This document shows, one piece after another, positions 10,776 through 19,671 of a stretch of 23,924 bases of DNA. Numbering within the stretch: position 1 is the first letter of the stretch; every line of letters starts with the position of its first letter. Source of the stretch: Nitrospinota bacterium (GTDB taxonomy: Bacteria; UBA8248); NCBI GenBank assembly GCA_036231405.1, contig JAZAHK010000042.1, positions 1-23,924 of the forward strand, given 5' to 3'. A program made the position numbers and the translations under genes. The notes beneath the pieces were generated by a model that was not told the DNA's origin, made no database searches, and saw only the letters and a program-made list of their open reading frames with translations.

Positions 10776-12296
10776 TTATACTTTATTCAATGTGATTTTA
10801 AGACATTTCTCTGTATTTTCCGTTACTTTATACATATCTGAATATTCATAACCGATCACCCAAAGAATATCCGATCCGATTGCTAACAAAGGGATTTCAT
10901 CCCTTTTAATTAATGGCACCTTCAAATCTATAAAATATTTTTTTAGTTTCTTTCCCCCAGAAGAATTTCTTGGATGAAATCTATCACCTTCTTTTCTACT
11001 TCTAATAACTAGTTGTTTTTCTATTGAATTCATATCTAGTAAAATTGTACTATCAATTTTCTGAGATTTTATTTTAGATTTGAAATTATCAAGCAAATTT
11101 GTCTCTGCATACATTTTAAATTCATCTAACTTGGTTACACCGCCTACTTCGATGGGTATTATTTTTTCAATTTTATTCCTTTCTTTGCCTTCTTCTATCA
11201 CTATTTTGTCATATTCGCGTCTTACATCGACTCCTTTTCCTAAATTAACTCGAGTCGAAGGTTTTTTTGATAAGATAAGTGAGTCTATTGCATGAATATA
11301 TTTTTTTAAGGGCAATCTTACTTTTTTTAGTTTTGGTGTGATTTCTTTAATTTTCTCAACCGCAGATTTGATAATCCCTGTTCGTATTGCAATAGGGAAT
11401 TTTAACAATTTCGAAACAGGGGAAATGGTCAAAATGGAACCTGTTATCGAGATATGATTCTTTAAGTATCCAGAAAGTATTTCATCATGAATAATGCGCG
11501 CATGGTTAACATTTAAAGAACTGTCGACAATATTATCCAGGACAGAATCCCCAAAAGAATCTTTAAGTAATGGCAAAATCGTGTGACGGATATTATTTCT
11601 AAGTCTTGTTTTGTCATTATTTGTTTTGTCTTCAATAAAATTAAGTTTATTCGATTTACAAAATTCTAAAATTTCTTCTCTTTTAATACTCAACATAGGT
11701 CTGCAAATACGAAATGTAGGATGGGATTCTTTAGTTAAATTTGATTTCGAAAAGAATTGCTCTGAATTTTGTTGAATACCGGATAATCCCTTAAGACCAC
11801 TTCCTTCAAAAAATCTCATTAAGATGGTTTCAACATTATCATTGAAATGATGACCTAAAATCAAAACTTGGGAATTATATTTTTTTAAGTATTTCTTAAA
11901 TACATCCATCCTTAAATTTCTTGCATCCGCTTCTAATCCTAAGGATGAATTCGATGGCAATTTAACAATCATTTCATGAAATTCAATATTGATAGAAATA
12001 CAAAAAGATTGTGCGTGTTTAGCATCATTATCAGAGTCATTACCCCTTAATCCATGGTTAACATGAACTGCTACTATTTTTCTTTTCGAGGCAAATTCTA
12101 GATTAAGAGCATAAAGGAGTGCAGATGAATCAGCTCCGCCCGAGTAACCTACAATAATTGGACCTAAAGAATTATATAACCCGGAAATTAGACATCCTTT
12201 TTTAAATTCCCGTTTGAAATTTTGATTTTTATTTTTTAATTTATATTTGTCTGTCAAATTATGAAATCCACCTTCGATTGCTTTTGTAGATGACAA
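10776..12296 (-). CDS. tilS: tRNA(Ile)-lysidine synthetase
   Basis: PP-loop SGGADS, HVNHGLRG, GHHFND, RPML, RNNIRH and C-terminal RSRKEGDRF...KKLKKYFIDLKVP. The likely start is TTG at 12257 (GAAGGTGG upstream). Confidence 0.95.
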   Translation of the reverse strand: MSSTKAIEGGFHNLTDKYKLKNKNQNFKREFKKGCLISGLYNSLGPIIVGYSGGADSSALLYALNLEFASKRKIVAVHVNHGLRGNDSDNDAKHAQSFCISINIEFHEMIVKLPSNSSLGLEADARNLRMDVFKKYLKKYNSQVLILGHHFNDNVETILMRFFEGSGLKGLSGIQQNSEQFFSKSNLTKESHPTFRICRPMLSIKREEILEFCKSNKLNFIEDKTNNDKTRLRNNIRHTILPLLKDSFGDSVLDNIVDSSLNVNHARIIHDEILSGYLKNHISITGSILTISPVSKLLKFPIAIRTGIIKSAVEKIKEITPKLKKVRLPLKKYIHAIDSLILSKKPSTRVNLGKGVDVRREYDKIVIEEGKERNKIEKIIPIEVGGVTKLDEFKMYAETNLLDNFKSKIKSQKIDSTILLDMNSIEKQLVIRSRKEGDRFHPRNSSGGKKLKKYFIDLKVPLIKRDEIPLLAIGSDILWVIGYEYSDMYKVTENTEKCLKITLNKV

Positions 12297-12522
12297 AGAG
12301 TCTTGTTATTTCGAGAAATTAACATTCAACTTGTTCACTTAAAATTGGGACATTAGCACCAAGAACTGCTTTTTTCAATATGAATTTTTAGATACTTGCT
12401 GCTCTTTTGAATTATGTTCTTTGTTCCATATATCAAATTAATAAGATTTGAATATATACATGGTGGGACAGATACTGACAATAAAAAAATAATCTTAACT
12501 AAAACGAACTACAGAGCCTTCC

Positions 12523-13623
12523 CTATTCGGTCAGAAGCAATGCATGTTCAGGAGAGAAGGTGAGATAAACCTTTCGTCCCCTATCGAGTTGTTCGAAATG
12601 ATTCATCTGAACAGCAATTTCGTGAGACCCTATTCGGACTTGACAATCTAGAAGATTCCCTTGGTAAACAGTTTCAATAATTTCACCTGTCAAAACATTG
12701 ACTGTCCCTTCTGGAGGAGTTTCCAAACAGAGCGTAATGTCTTCTGGTCTTAGAGATAAAATTACACGTTGATCTTTTGTTGCTGATTCAGCTCCAAGGG
12801 CTTTAAGATGAATTGACTCACCTTCACTAACAGAAGTGAATTCAACATCCGCTATTTGACCTGAACGAGACAGAAACCTACCTTCAATTAGATTTGCAAC
12901 TCCTATAAAACTTGCTACAAACGAATTTGATGGATGCGTATATATTGTTTCTGGATTATCGATCTGTTGAATAATTCCCTCGTTCATAACTACTACGCGG
13001 TCACTCATAACTAATGCTTCTGTCTGATCGTGTGTAACATATATTGAAGTGATGCCAATTTCTTGCTGCAAGCGAACAAGCTCAATTCTCATTTGCTCAC
13101 GGAGTTTTGCATCTAAATTACTGAGTGGTTCATCAAAAAGGATCACTTCAGGACTGTAGACAATTGCCCTTGCTAGAGCTACCCTCTGTCTCTGACCTCC
13201 TGATAGCTTGGTTGCATAACGTTCGGCTAGATCACCTAATCCAACTAGTTCTAGTGCCTTGTGAGTTTTTTCTTTTATTTCATTTCGATTTACTCGACGA
13301 ATTTTCAATCCAAAGGCAACGTTTTCAAATACCGTCATATGTGGCCATACAGCATAACTCTGGAATACCATTCCTAAATTGCGATCTTCAGGATTTAGAA
13401 ATATTCCTTTTTCTATCGAAGTAATTGGGACGCCCTCAATAGAAATTTCTCCTGTATCTGGATGTTCTAAACCTGCAATGCAACGGAGAGTAGTTGTTTT
13501 TCCGCAACCAGAAGGACCTAAAAGTGTAACAAATTCACCTTTATCTATATTCAAGCTAATTCCAGCTACAGCAACTTCATCACCAAATCGCTTAATTAAT
13601 CCCTTAATCTCAACAGTGGACAC
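12523..13623 (-). CDS. ABC transporter ATP-binding protein (PotA/FbpC family, C-terminal TOBE domain), copy 2
   Basis: GPSGCGKTT, GMVFQSYAVWPHMTV, LSGGQRQRVALARA, FDEPLSNLDAKLR and YVTHDQ; GTG start with AGGAGAG RBS. Confidence 0.93.
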   Translation of the reverse strand: MSTVEIKGLIKRFGDEVAVAGISLNIDKGEFVTLLGPSGCGKTTTLRCIAGLEHPDTGEISIEGVPITSIEKGIFLNPEDRNLGMVFQSYAVWPHMTVFENVAFGLKIRRVNRNEIKEKTHKALELVGLGDLAERYATKLSGGQRQRVALARAIVYSPEVILFDEPLSNLDAKLREQMRIELVRLQQEIGITSIYVTHDQTEALVMSDRVVVMNEGIIQQIDNPETIYTHPSNSFVASFIGVANLIEGRFLSRSGQIADVEFTSVSEGESIHLKALGAESATKDQRVILSLRPEDITLCLETPPEGTVNVLTGEIIETVYQGNLLDCQVRIGSHEIAVQMNHFEQLDRGRKVYLTFSPEHALLLTE

Positions 13624-13635
13624 GTACTCTCTCCT

Positions 13636-14757
13636 TTAGGGTAAAACAGCCATTGAGTGGTTAGAGTCTAAACGTATATAAACATGATCTCCTTTTTTTA
13701 GGCGTTCACGTGGATGCGCTTGCACTTTCCACTCAAATTTCCCCCACTGAACTCGGCAATCAATATAATTACCTAAAAATACTGTTTGAATTACTTCGCC
13801 TTCTATTGCAGTGCCTTCAGGTTTTTCTCTAAGGGCATACACATTTTCAGGTCTAATCGAGAGCACCGCGTTATCCCCTTCACGAAATTTCTTATCATCA
13901 AGAACACAAGGCATTAAGATATTTTTTCCATCTTGAGAAATATTTATCTCACTTAATCCTGTTTTAGACACACTTGAGATCTTTCCTTTTAATAGGTTGG
14001 CCACTCCAATAAAGTTACTTACATATCTATTTACTGGGCGTGCATAAATTGAGTGTGGTCCACCACTTTGCTCAATCTTACCTTTGCTCATCACAATAAT
14101 GTCGTCACTCATAACAAGTGCTTCAGCCTGATCATGTGTAACGTAAACTGAAGTGATACCGACTTCATTTTGAATCCGCTTAAGTTCAAGACGCATTCTT
14201 TCACGAAGTTTAAGATCTAAATTGCTTAAGGGTTCGTCAAAAAGCAATAAGCTTGGATTACATACGATTGCTCGAGCTAATGCAGCTCGTTGCTGCTGAC
14301 CTCCGGAGAGTTGCGTTGCATCCTTTCCTACCATGTCGTCTAGCCCTACTAATCGAGCAACTTCCATCACTCTATCTTCGATCTCGCTAGATTCAAAATT
14401 ACGGATTTCTAGCGGGTAAGAAATATTTTTTTCAACGGTCATGTGAGGCCAAATCGCGTAACTCTGGAATACCATTCCAATGTCACGTTTTTCAGGTTCA
14501 AGGAAAATATTCTCATTTAATGAGGTGAAAGATTTTCCGCCAACTCTTATCTCACCTGAGTCTGGTTTATGAAGACCTGCAATACACATTAAAGTAGTTG
14601 TTTTTCCACAGCCTGACGGACCCAAGAGGGTTAAGAATTTTCCTTCAGAGATAGCAAATGAAATTCCATCCACTGCACGATCATCTCCAAAATATTTGAC
14701 CAGATTTTCAATTATCAAATAATCACTATTTTTCTCTTCTTTCATAAGATGCTCCAT
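13636..14757 (-). CDS. ABC transporter ATP-binding protein (PotA/FbpC family, C-terminal TOBE domain), copy 1
   Basis: GPSGCGKTT, GMVFQSYAIWPHMTV, LSGGQQQRAALARA, FDEPLSNLDLKLR and YVTHDQ. The start is probably ATG at 14745 (GGAG upstream). Confidence 0.93.
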   Translation of the reverse strand: MEHLMKEEKNSDYLIIENLVKYFGDDRAVDGISFAISEGKFLTLLGPSGCGKTTTLMCIAGLHKPDSGEIRVGGKSFTSLNENIFLEPEKRDIGMVFQSYAIWPHMTVEKNISYPLEIRNFESSEIEDRVMEVARLVGLDDMVGKDATQLSGGQQQRAALARAIVCNPSLLLFDEPLSNLDLKLRERMRLELKRIQNEVGITSVYVTHDQAEALVMSDDIIVMSKGKIEQSGGPHSIYARPVNRYVSNFIGVANLLKGKISSVSKTGLSEINISQDGKNILMPCVLDDKKFREGDNAVLSIRPENVYALREKPEGTAIEGEVIQTVFLGNYIDCRVQWGKFEWKVQAHPRERLKKGDHVYIRLDSNHSMAVLP

Positions 14758-14766
14758 TTTGTAGTA

Positions 14767-16515
14767 CTATGCCGTAAGAGCCTCTTTTCCGGCTACTTTC
14801 CGGAAGAGAACAATACAACCTAAGAGGATGATTGTTTGTACGATCGCAAGAGCCGCAGTTAACGGGTCTCCTTCAAAATCTGCGAGATAAAGAACTCCCA
14901 CCGACAATGTTTCAGTCCCTACTGAATAGAGAATGATCGAAATTGAAAGTTCTCGAAGAAAAATCACGAACAATAAAATCCATCCTGCAAAAATTCCTGG
15001 TTTGAGAAGAGGAATTGTTATACGACGTAAAGTAGTTAGCCAACTTGCTCCCGCCATTCTTGAGCTTTGATCAAGTTCCTCAGAAATGGCTAGCATAATA
15101 GAGGAAATATTCCTTTGACCGTATGGAAAAAACCGAGTGATATAACCAACAAGAAGAATACCTAGAGTAGCGTATATGGGTGTTTTGATATAAGTAACCA
15201 AAACTCCCATAGCGAGAACTATTCCTGGGAAGCCAATAGGGATCACACATAAAAAATCAAGCATTGTAGATCCAAAACCTTTTGTCCTATGAATCATATA
15301 ACTAATAAGAATTGACAAAATCATAGCAATAGTAGCTCCAGAAAATGCAAGTATGAAACTATTTATAATACCTCTAGTTGCGATTCCTATACTTTCTGGA
15401 GACCAGAAGAATAGGATTTTTTTATAATTCCAAAGAGTTAAATCTGCAGGAATGATTCTACCTTCCCAAACAGGGTGAAAGCTCACGATAAGGAGGCAAA
15501 TGAGAGGAAGAACTACAGCGACAAAAATATAAAACAAATTTACACCCAGAGCTACCCATTTCCATCTTCCTAAATCAATAGTGTTTGGACGAAATCCTTT
15601 TCCAGTGACTGTAGTATATTCTCTGGGCGCGATAATACGTCTTTGGATCCAAATTAAAACACCTGTGATGGCAGCAAGTGTCATGCTCATAGCAGCACCA
15701 AGATAGTGATTTGCATCATCACCTACGGCTTTAGAATAAATTTGAGTAGTAAGGGTATCCCAACCGTATGGGGCTCCAAGTTTAAATGGCACCCCAAATT
15801 CTCCTGCAGAAGTAACAAAGACAATAATTGCACCTGAGAGGATGGCTGGGGTGACTAATGGCAGAGTTACGCTCATTGTAGTACGAAATAAACTGGCTCC
15901 AGTTGTACGTGCACTATCTTCTAGGGACGGGTCCATTCGACGTAATGAACCAACCACGAAAAGATAGACTAGAGGAGTGAAGAAAATACCTGTTACCCAA
16001 ATAACCCCAAAAATATTATCCACATTCATAATGTGGCTTTCAATCCCAAAAATCGCTCTAGCTATATTATTTAAGAATCCAACTTTTGGAGCCGCCAAGT
16101 TATGCCATGCAATTGCTCCAACAAATGGACTGAGAAAAAATGGAATAAGATTGAAAGGTTCAATTTTGTCGCGCCATGGACAATTTGTACGAGCATTAAT
16201 CCAGGCAAGCAAAACTCCTAAGAATGTAGCTAACACAGTTGTTCCAGTACTTATCATGAGAGTATTGAAGAATGCCTTTCTTATTACACGTCCTTGAAAG
16301 ACTTCATAATAATTTCCTAACCCCCATTCCGTATCAAAGCCCATATCATCTAGAACTTCGAAACTGCTTACAACGAGCCAAAATAAAGGCAATATAATAG
16401 CAACGAAAATAATGAGGCTAGTTAAAGAGGTAACAATATTTTCCGTTGTAATATAACCACGCCATCTTGATTGTGGCTCAATATTAGGCTGAATAGTCGT
16501 AGTTGTGTTCTTCAT
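14767..16515 (-). CDS. ABC transporter permease, fused double-domain (FbpB/ThiP type)
   Basis: About 12 hydrophobic segments and two EAA-like loops (LEDSARTTGAS, LDQSSRMAGAS), plus GEFGVP and YTTVTGKGFRP. Confidence 0.92.
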   Translation of the reverse strand: MKNTTTTIQPNIEPQSRWRGYITTENIVTSLTSLIIFVAIILPLFWLVVSSFEVLDDMGFDTEWGLGNYYEVFQGRVIRKAFFNTLMISTGTTVLATFLGVLLAWINARTNCPWRDKIEPFNLIPFFLSPFVGAIAWHNLAAPKVGFLNNIARAIFGIESHIMNVDNIFGVIWVTGIFFTPLVYLFVVGSLRRMDPSLEDSARTTGASLFRTTMSVTLPLVTPAILSGAIIVFVTSAGEFGVPFKLGAPYGWDTLTTQIYSKAVGDDANHYLGAAMSMTLAAITGVLIWIQRRIIAPREYTTVTGKGFRPNTIDLGRWKWVALGVNLFYIFVAVVLPLICLLIVSFHPVWEGRIIPADLTLWNYKKILFFWSPESIGIATRGIINSFILAFSGATIAMILSILISYMIHRTKGFGSTMLDFLCVIPIGFPGIVLAMGVLVTYIKTPIYATLGILLVGYITRFFPYGQRNISSIMLAISEELDQSSRMAGASWLTTLRRITIPLLKPGIFAGWILLFVIFLRELSISIILYSVGTETLSVGVLYLADFEGDPLTAALAIVQTIILLGCIVLFRKVAGKEALTA

Positions 16516-16555
16516 ATTAGAACATTCGATTAGAATTGTCGGGACACTAAAATAG

Positions 16556-16589
16556 GGAAAAAGGGCTCGACTGAGCCGAGCCCCATTCC
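16556..16589 (-). terminator. GC-rich stem-loop followed by a U-tract after the binding-protein gene (terminator or mRNA stabiliser)
   Basis: The minus strand reads GGGCTCG-GCTCAGT-CGAGCCC-TTTTT, a 7-bp perfect stem (16563-16569/16577-16583) that can be extended, between the SBP and permease genes. Confidence 0.7.
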
Positions 16590-16609
16590 AAATATTTTTT
16601 TAATTGATG

Positions 16610-17728
16610 CTATTTAAATCGTTTAATCCATTCTCCACGTACTTTTTTAAATTTCTTCTGGGCTCCAACCCAATCCTTCAATCCAAGGAGTTTATGTTTA
16701 CTTAGATCTAACAGGTAAGGTCTTGCAGCTGCTGGAGCAGTATACCCTTTACGGAAAGAGTAAATGGCCTCTCCTTCTACAAAAACATCAGCACCTTCCT
16801 TACTTAAAAGAAAATCTACAAGAAGTTTTCCAGCGTTTGGATGAGGTCCACCCTTCACTGCCGCAGCCTGGTTTCCAAGAAGGACTTGACCTTCTTTGTA
16901 ATAACCAATTTTTAGTTTCTTTGCGAGACCTGGCTTCTTAAGAACGTTTTGGTACACTCGCCCAGATAAGTTATGCATGTCAAATGGACGTTCACAGGCA
17001 ATTACCATCTGTATCTTAGGTTCAGTACGGAACTCCACTATTGGTTTCGTGGCTTTTAATTTGTCCCAAATAGCGTTCATGTTTACACCATTTTCAATCA
17101 AAGAGATAACAGTGTTTGTGTAGGTAAAACTTTTCGTGATGTCAGGTGATATAGTTTTGCCCGTTAGTGCAGGTTGAACCGTATCAGCATATGATGAGAC
17201 ATTAATGTTTTTCATGCCAGGACAAGAACTATTCCAAACTGGTTGGAAGGTATAAGCAAGAGGCGTTACAACGTATGGATAATTATGATATTGACCCGCC
17301 TTCTCTACTAATTCCACATTGTCTTTCCAATGTGCACTGTCAAGCTTAGCAAATGCTTTTTTCTTCTTTTGAGCAGCATGAAAAAAACCAGGTGCGCTTA
17401 CTAAATGCACATCAATAGTAAATTTTCCAGCTTTAATTTCTTGACGTACTGTAGCTACAGTTGAACCAGTACCTTTTCTAATATTGTTCAGCCTGAAACT
17501 ATTTCCGAGTCCATAACGCTTAATGAATACTCGCTGCATCCTTTTTGCTGTACGATCACTAAAGAGCGGATTAATTAAAGTTACCGCGCCTTCTTTCTTT
17601 GCTGCACGGACGAGTTTTTTCTCTTGTGGACTAACACCCGCAGATGCCAATGTCGCAAATCCAATACTTGAAACTGCGAATGCAACTGCGAAAAGCCAAA
17701 TCGAGAATAAACGCAGACTTCTCTTCAT
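16610..17728 (-). CDS. ABC transporter periplasmic substrate-binding protein (AfuA/FbpA/PotD-like)
   Basis: Sec signal peptide (ASA/G), LVRAAKKEGAV, and PHPNAGKLLVDFLLSKEG; AGGAG RBS; first gene of the ABC operon. Confidence 0.88.
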   Translation of the reverse strand: MKRSLRLFSIWLFAVAFAVSSIGFATLASAGVSPQEKKLVRAAKKEGAVTLINPLFSDRTAKRMQRVFIKRYGLGNSFRLNNIRKGTGSTVATVRQEIKAGKFTIDVHLVSAPGFFHAAQKKKKAFAKLDSAHWKDNVELVEKAGQYHNYPYVVTPLAYTFQPVWNSSCPGMKNINVSSYADTVQPALTGKTISPDITKSFTYTNTVISLIENGVNMNAIWDKLKATKPIVEFRTEPKIQMVIACERPFDMHNLSGRVYQNVLKKPGLAKKLKIGYYKEGQVLLGNQAAAVKGGPHPNAGKLLVDFLLSKEGADVFVEGEAIYSFRKGYTAPAAARPYLLDLSKHKLLGLKDWVGAQKKFKKVRGEWIKRFK

Positions 17729-17861
17729 AAAATTTCTCCTATAAATTGTTAACAGAATGTCATTGACAAAAAAACGTTACCATTTAACTATTCTTTTTTC
17801 AACAACAAAAATAAGAGTAAAATAAGCCAAAAACGAAAACAACGAAACAAGGACAACTGAT

Positions 17862-18782
17862 ATGGCCATAAATCTGTGCGAACCATTCAGAGCAATGTTT
17901 TACACGCCCTTCTACCTTCCCATCGCGCTTGGAACTTACGAAGCGGAAGGTGTCGACGTAACATTGAGCACAAGTCCCAGTCAGGACACGGTAGCGCAGC
18001 AACTGAGCGACGGTATCGCAGATGTGTATTGGGGTGGTCCCATGCGGATCATGGTCATGCGGGACAAGAATCGCGAACCAGAGATCTTGGGCTTCTCTGA
18101 AGCCATTACACGGGATCCGTTTTTCTTGATCGGAAAAGAACCAAATCTAAATTTTGATCTTAAAGACCTGTTGGATATTCGCTTTGCCAGCGTTTCCGAA
18201 GTCCCTACCCCTTGGATGTGCCTGCAAGAAGACCTGCGGCGCGCCAGAATTGACCCCGTTAACCTCAATCGGGTTGGTGATAGGACTATGCCTGAGAATG
18301 TGGCGGCTTTGGCGGCGGGCGATACAGATGTCGTGCAATTGTTCCAACCTTTCGTCGAACAGGTCTTAATCGAAAATGTCGGACATATTTGGTATGCCCA
18401 AGCAACCCGCGGATACTGTACATATACAACGCTTTACGCGACGAAGGCGATGATCGCAACGCGCGGTGACGATCTGCATCGGATGACCCGGGCGATGTAT
18501 CGTTGCCAGAAATGGCTTCATAGCGTTCCAGCCTCCGAAATTGCTTCAGCTGTGGCACAATTTTTCCCTGACATTTATCCAGAAATACTCGCAGCGGCAG
18601 CACAGCGTTACATCGAACTCGGCGTTTGGGGCAAATATCCACATCTGCCGCGCGAAGGCTTCGAACGATTGCGAGATTCGCTGATCTCTGGTGGACTAAT
18701 CAGTCACCGACCAGAATTCGAGGATTGCGTCGACAACACATTTGCCGATGCAGTTATTGCGGAAGACCCGCCGTCAGCGTAA
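17862..18782 (+). CDS. NMT1/THI5-like (SsuA/TauA-fold) binding protein lacking a signal peptide
   Basis: FRAMFYTPFYL..ALG.YEAEGVDV, GGP, DPFFLIG and VVQLFQPF patterns; AAGGA RBS; no hydrophobic N-terminus. Confidence 0.8.
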   Translation: MAINLCEPFRAMFYTPFYLPIALGTYEAEGVDVTLSTSPSQDTVAQQLSDGIADVYWGGPMRIMVMRDKNREPEILGFSEAITRDPFFLIGKEPNLNFDLKDLLDIRFASVSEVPTPWMCLQEDLRRARIDPVNLNRVGDRTMPENVAALAAGDTDVVQLFQPFVEQVLIENVGHIWYAQATRGYCTYTTLYATKAMIATRGDDLHRMTRAMYRCQKWLHSVPASEIASAVAQFFPDIYPEILAAAAQRYIELGVWGKYPHLPREGFERLRDSLISGGLISHRPEFEDCVDNTFADAVIAEDPPSA

Positions 18783-18870
18783 TTTTACAATTGCAAATCG
18801 ATAAGGGAAAGTGGAGCGGGTTGTTTTGCAAGGTTTTCTCGTTTCGTGAATTAGAGGCACCAACAAGGGG

Positions 18871-19647
18871 ATGATTAACTTGGAACAATCGATTTTAAGG
18901 AAAATTATAAAGAAACTAAAAAGAATAATATACGACAGTATTTATAAAATTACTGGTGGCAATGAATTAAATGAAATAATAGATCCAGAAATATTGGAAG
19001 ATGAATTTTCTAATTCTATCTATAAATTTGCATCGAATGTAAATTTAAAAATTTTTCTAGAAATTGGTTCAAGTAGTGGAAATGGGAGTACTGACGCTTT
19101 CGTGAGAAGTTTAAGGTCTCGCAATGATAAAGGTGAAATAAATTTCCATTGTATCGAACTGAGCACTCCGAGATATTTGCGTTTATTGAAAACTTATCAT
19201 GGAGATTCGTTCGTAAAAGCCCACAACTTATCCTCAGTTAGCTCTCTAGAATTTCCCTCCATAGAGGAAGTGAAAACATTTTATACCCATAACAAGACTA
19301 AGCTAAATTCGACAGACTTAGATGAGGTATTAAAATGGCGTCAGAGAGATATTGACTATATCATCGATACTGGCAAAGACTTTAACGGAATTGAAGCGAT
19401 CAAACAACAAAATGAAATAGAACATTTTGATATGGTACTAATCGATGGATCAGAATTTACTGGAGAGGTAGAACTGGATTTTGTTATCGGTGCTAATGTC
19501 ATTGCCTTAGATGATACAGAAAGTTACAAATGTCGCGCAGCTTTTGTACGTCTAAAAAAAGATTCGAGATACGATTTAGTCACACATAACCCAAATTTAC
19601 GTAACGGGTTTGCTATATTCGTAAAAAAAGACAGCAAACTTTCATAA
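18871..19647 (+). CDS. Putative class I SAM-dependent methyltransferase-like protein
   Basis: Motif I-like FLEIGSSSGNGST, HCIE, FDMVLIDGSEFTG and IALDD. Substrate unknown; start uncertain. Confidence 0.65.
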   Translation: MINLEQSILRKIIKKLKRIIYDSIYKITGGNELNEIIDPEILEDEFSNSIYKFASNVNLKIFLEIGSSSGNGSTDAFVRSLRSRNDKGEINFHCIELSTPRYLRLLKTYHGDSFVKAHNLSSVSSLEFPSIEEVKTFYTHNKTKLNSTDLDEVLKWRQRDIDYIIDTGKDFNGIEAIKQQNEIEHFDMVLIDGSEFTGEVELDFVIGANVIALDDTESYKCRAAFVRLKKDSRYDLVTHNPNLRNGFAIFVKKDSKLS

Positions 19648-19671
19648 ATATTGAAATTCAAATACGTGAAA

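Larger units (their letters stand above)
12460..19671. mobile_element. Putative accessory/genomic island at the tRNA-Met 3' end (no integrase seen)
   Basis: A transport/methyltransferase block lies between the tRNA 3' end and tilS, with compositional shifts inside it. The left boundary is approximate and no mobility gene is present. Confidence 0.45.

Noticed and set aside
12460..12467. ATGGTGG matching the tRNA 3' end (19671-19677) as a possible att direct repeat
   Set aside because: The position and orientation fit, but 7 bp is expected by chance. It is used only as an approximate island boundary.
12297..12522. Possible gene remnant in the tilS-ABC spacer
   Set aside because: Only short frames without an RBS or recognisable similarity were found.
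10690..17765. Shared 11-mer GAATGTCATTG upstream of ftsH (10690) and of the SBP gene (17755)
   Set aside because: Chance 11-mer matches are expected in 24 kb of AT-rich sequence, and no functional link is evident.
17800..17852. AAC/AACG-rich quasi-repeat (AAAACGAAAACAACGAAACAA)
   Set aside because: Low-complexity and irregular; not a tandem array or CRISPR.
17799..18874. Seven alternative-frame ORFs over the THI5-like gene
   Set aside because: Explained by locally high GC and fewer stop codons; none looks protein-like.
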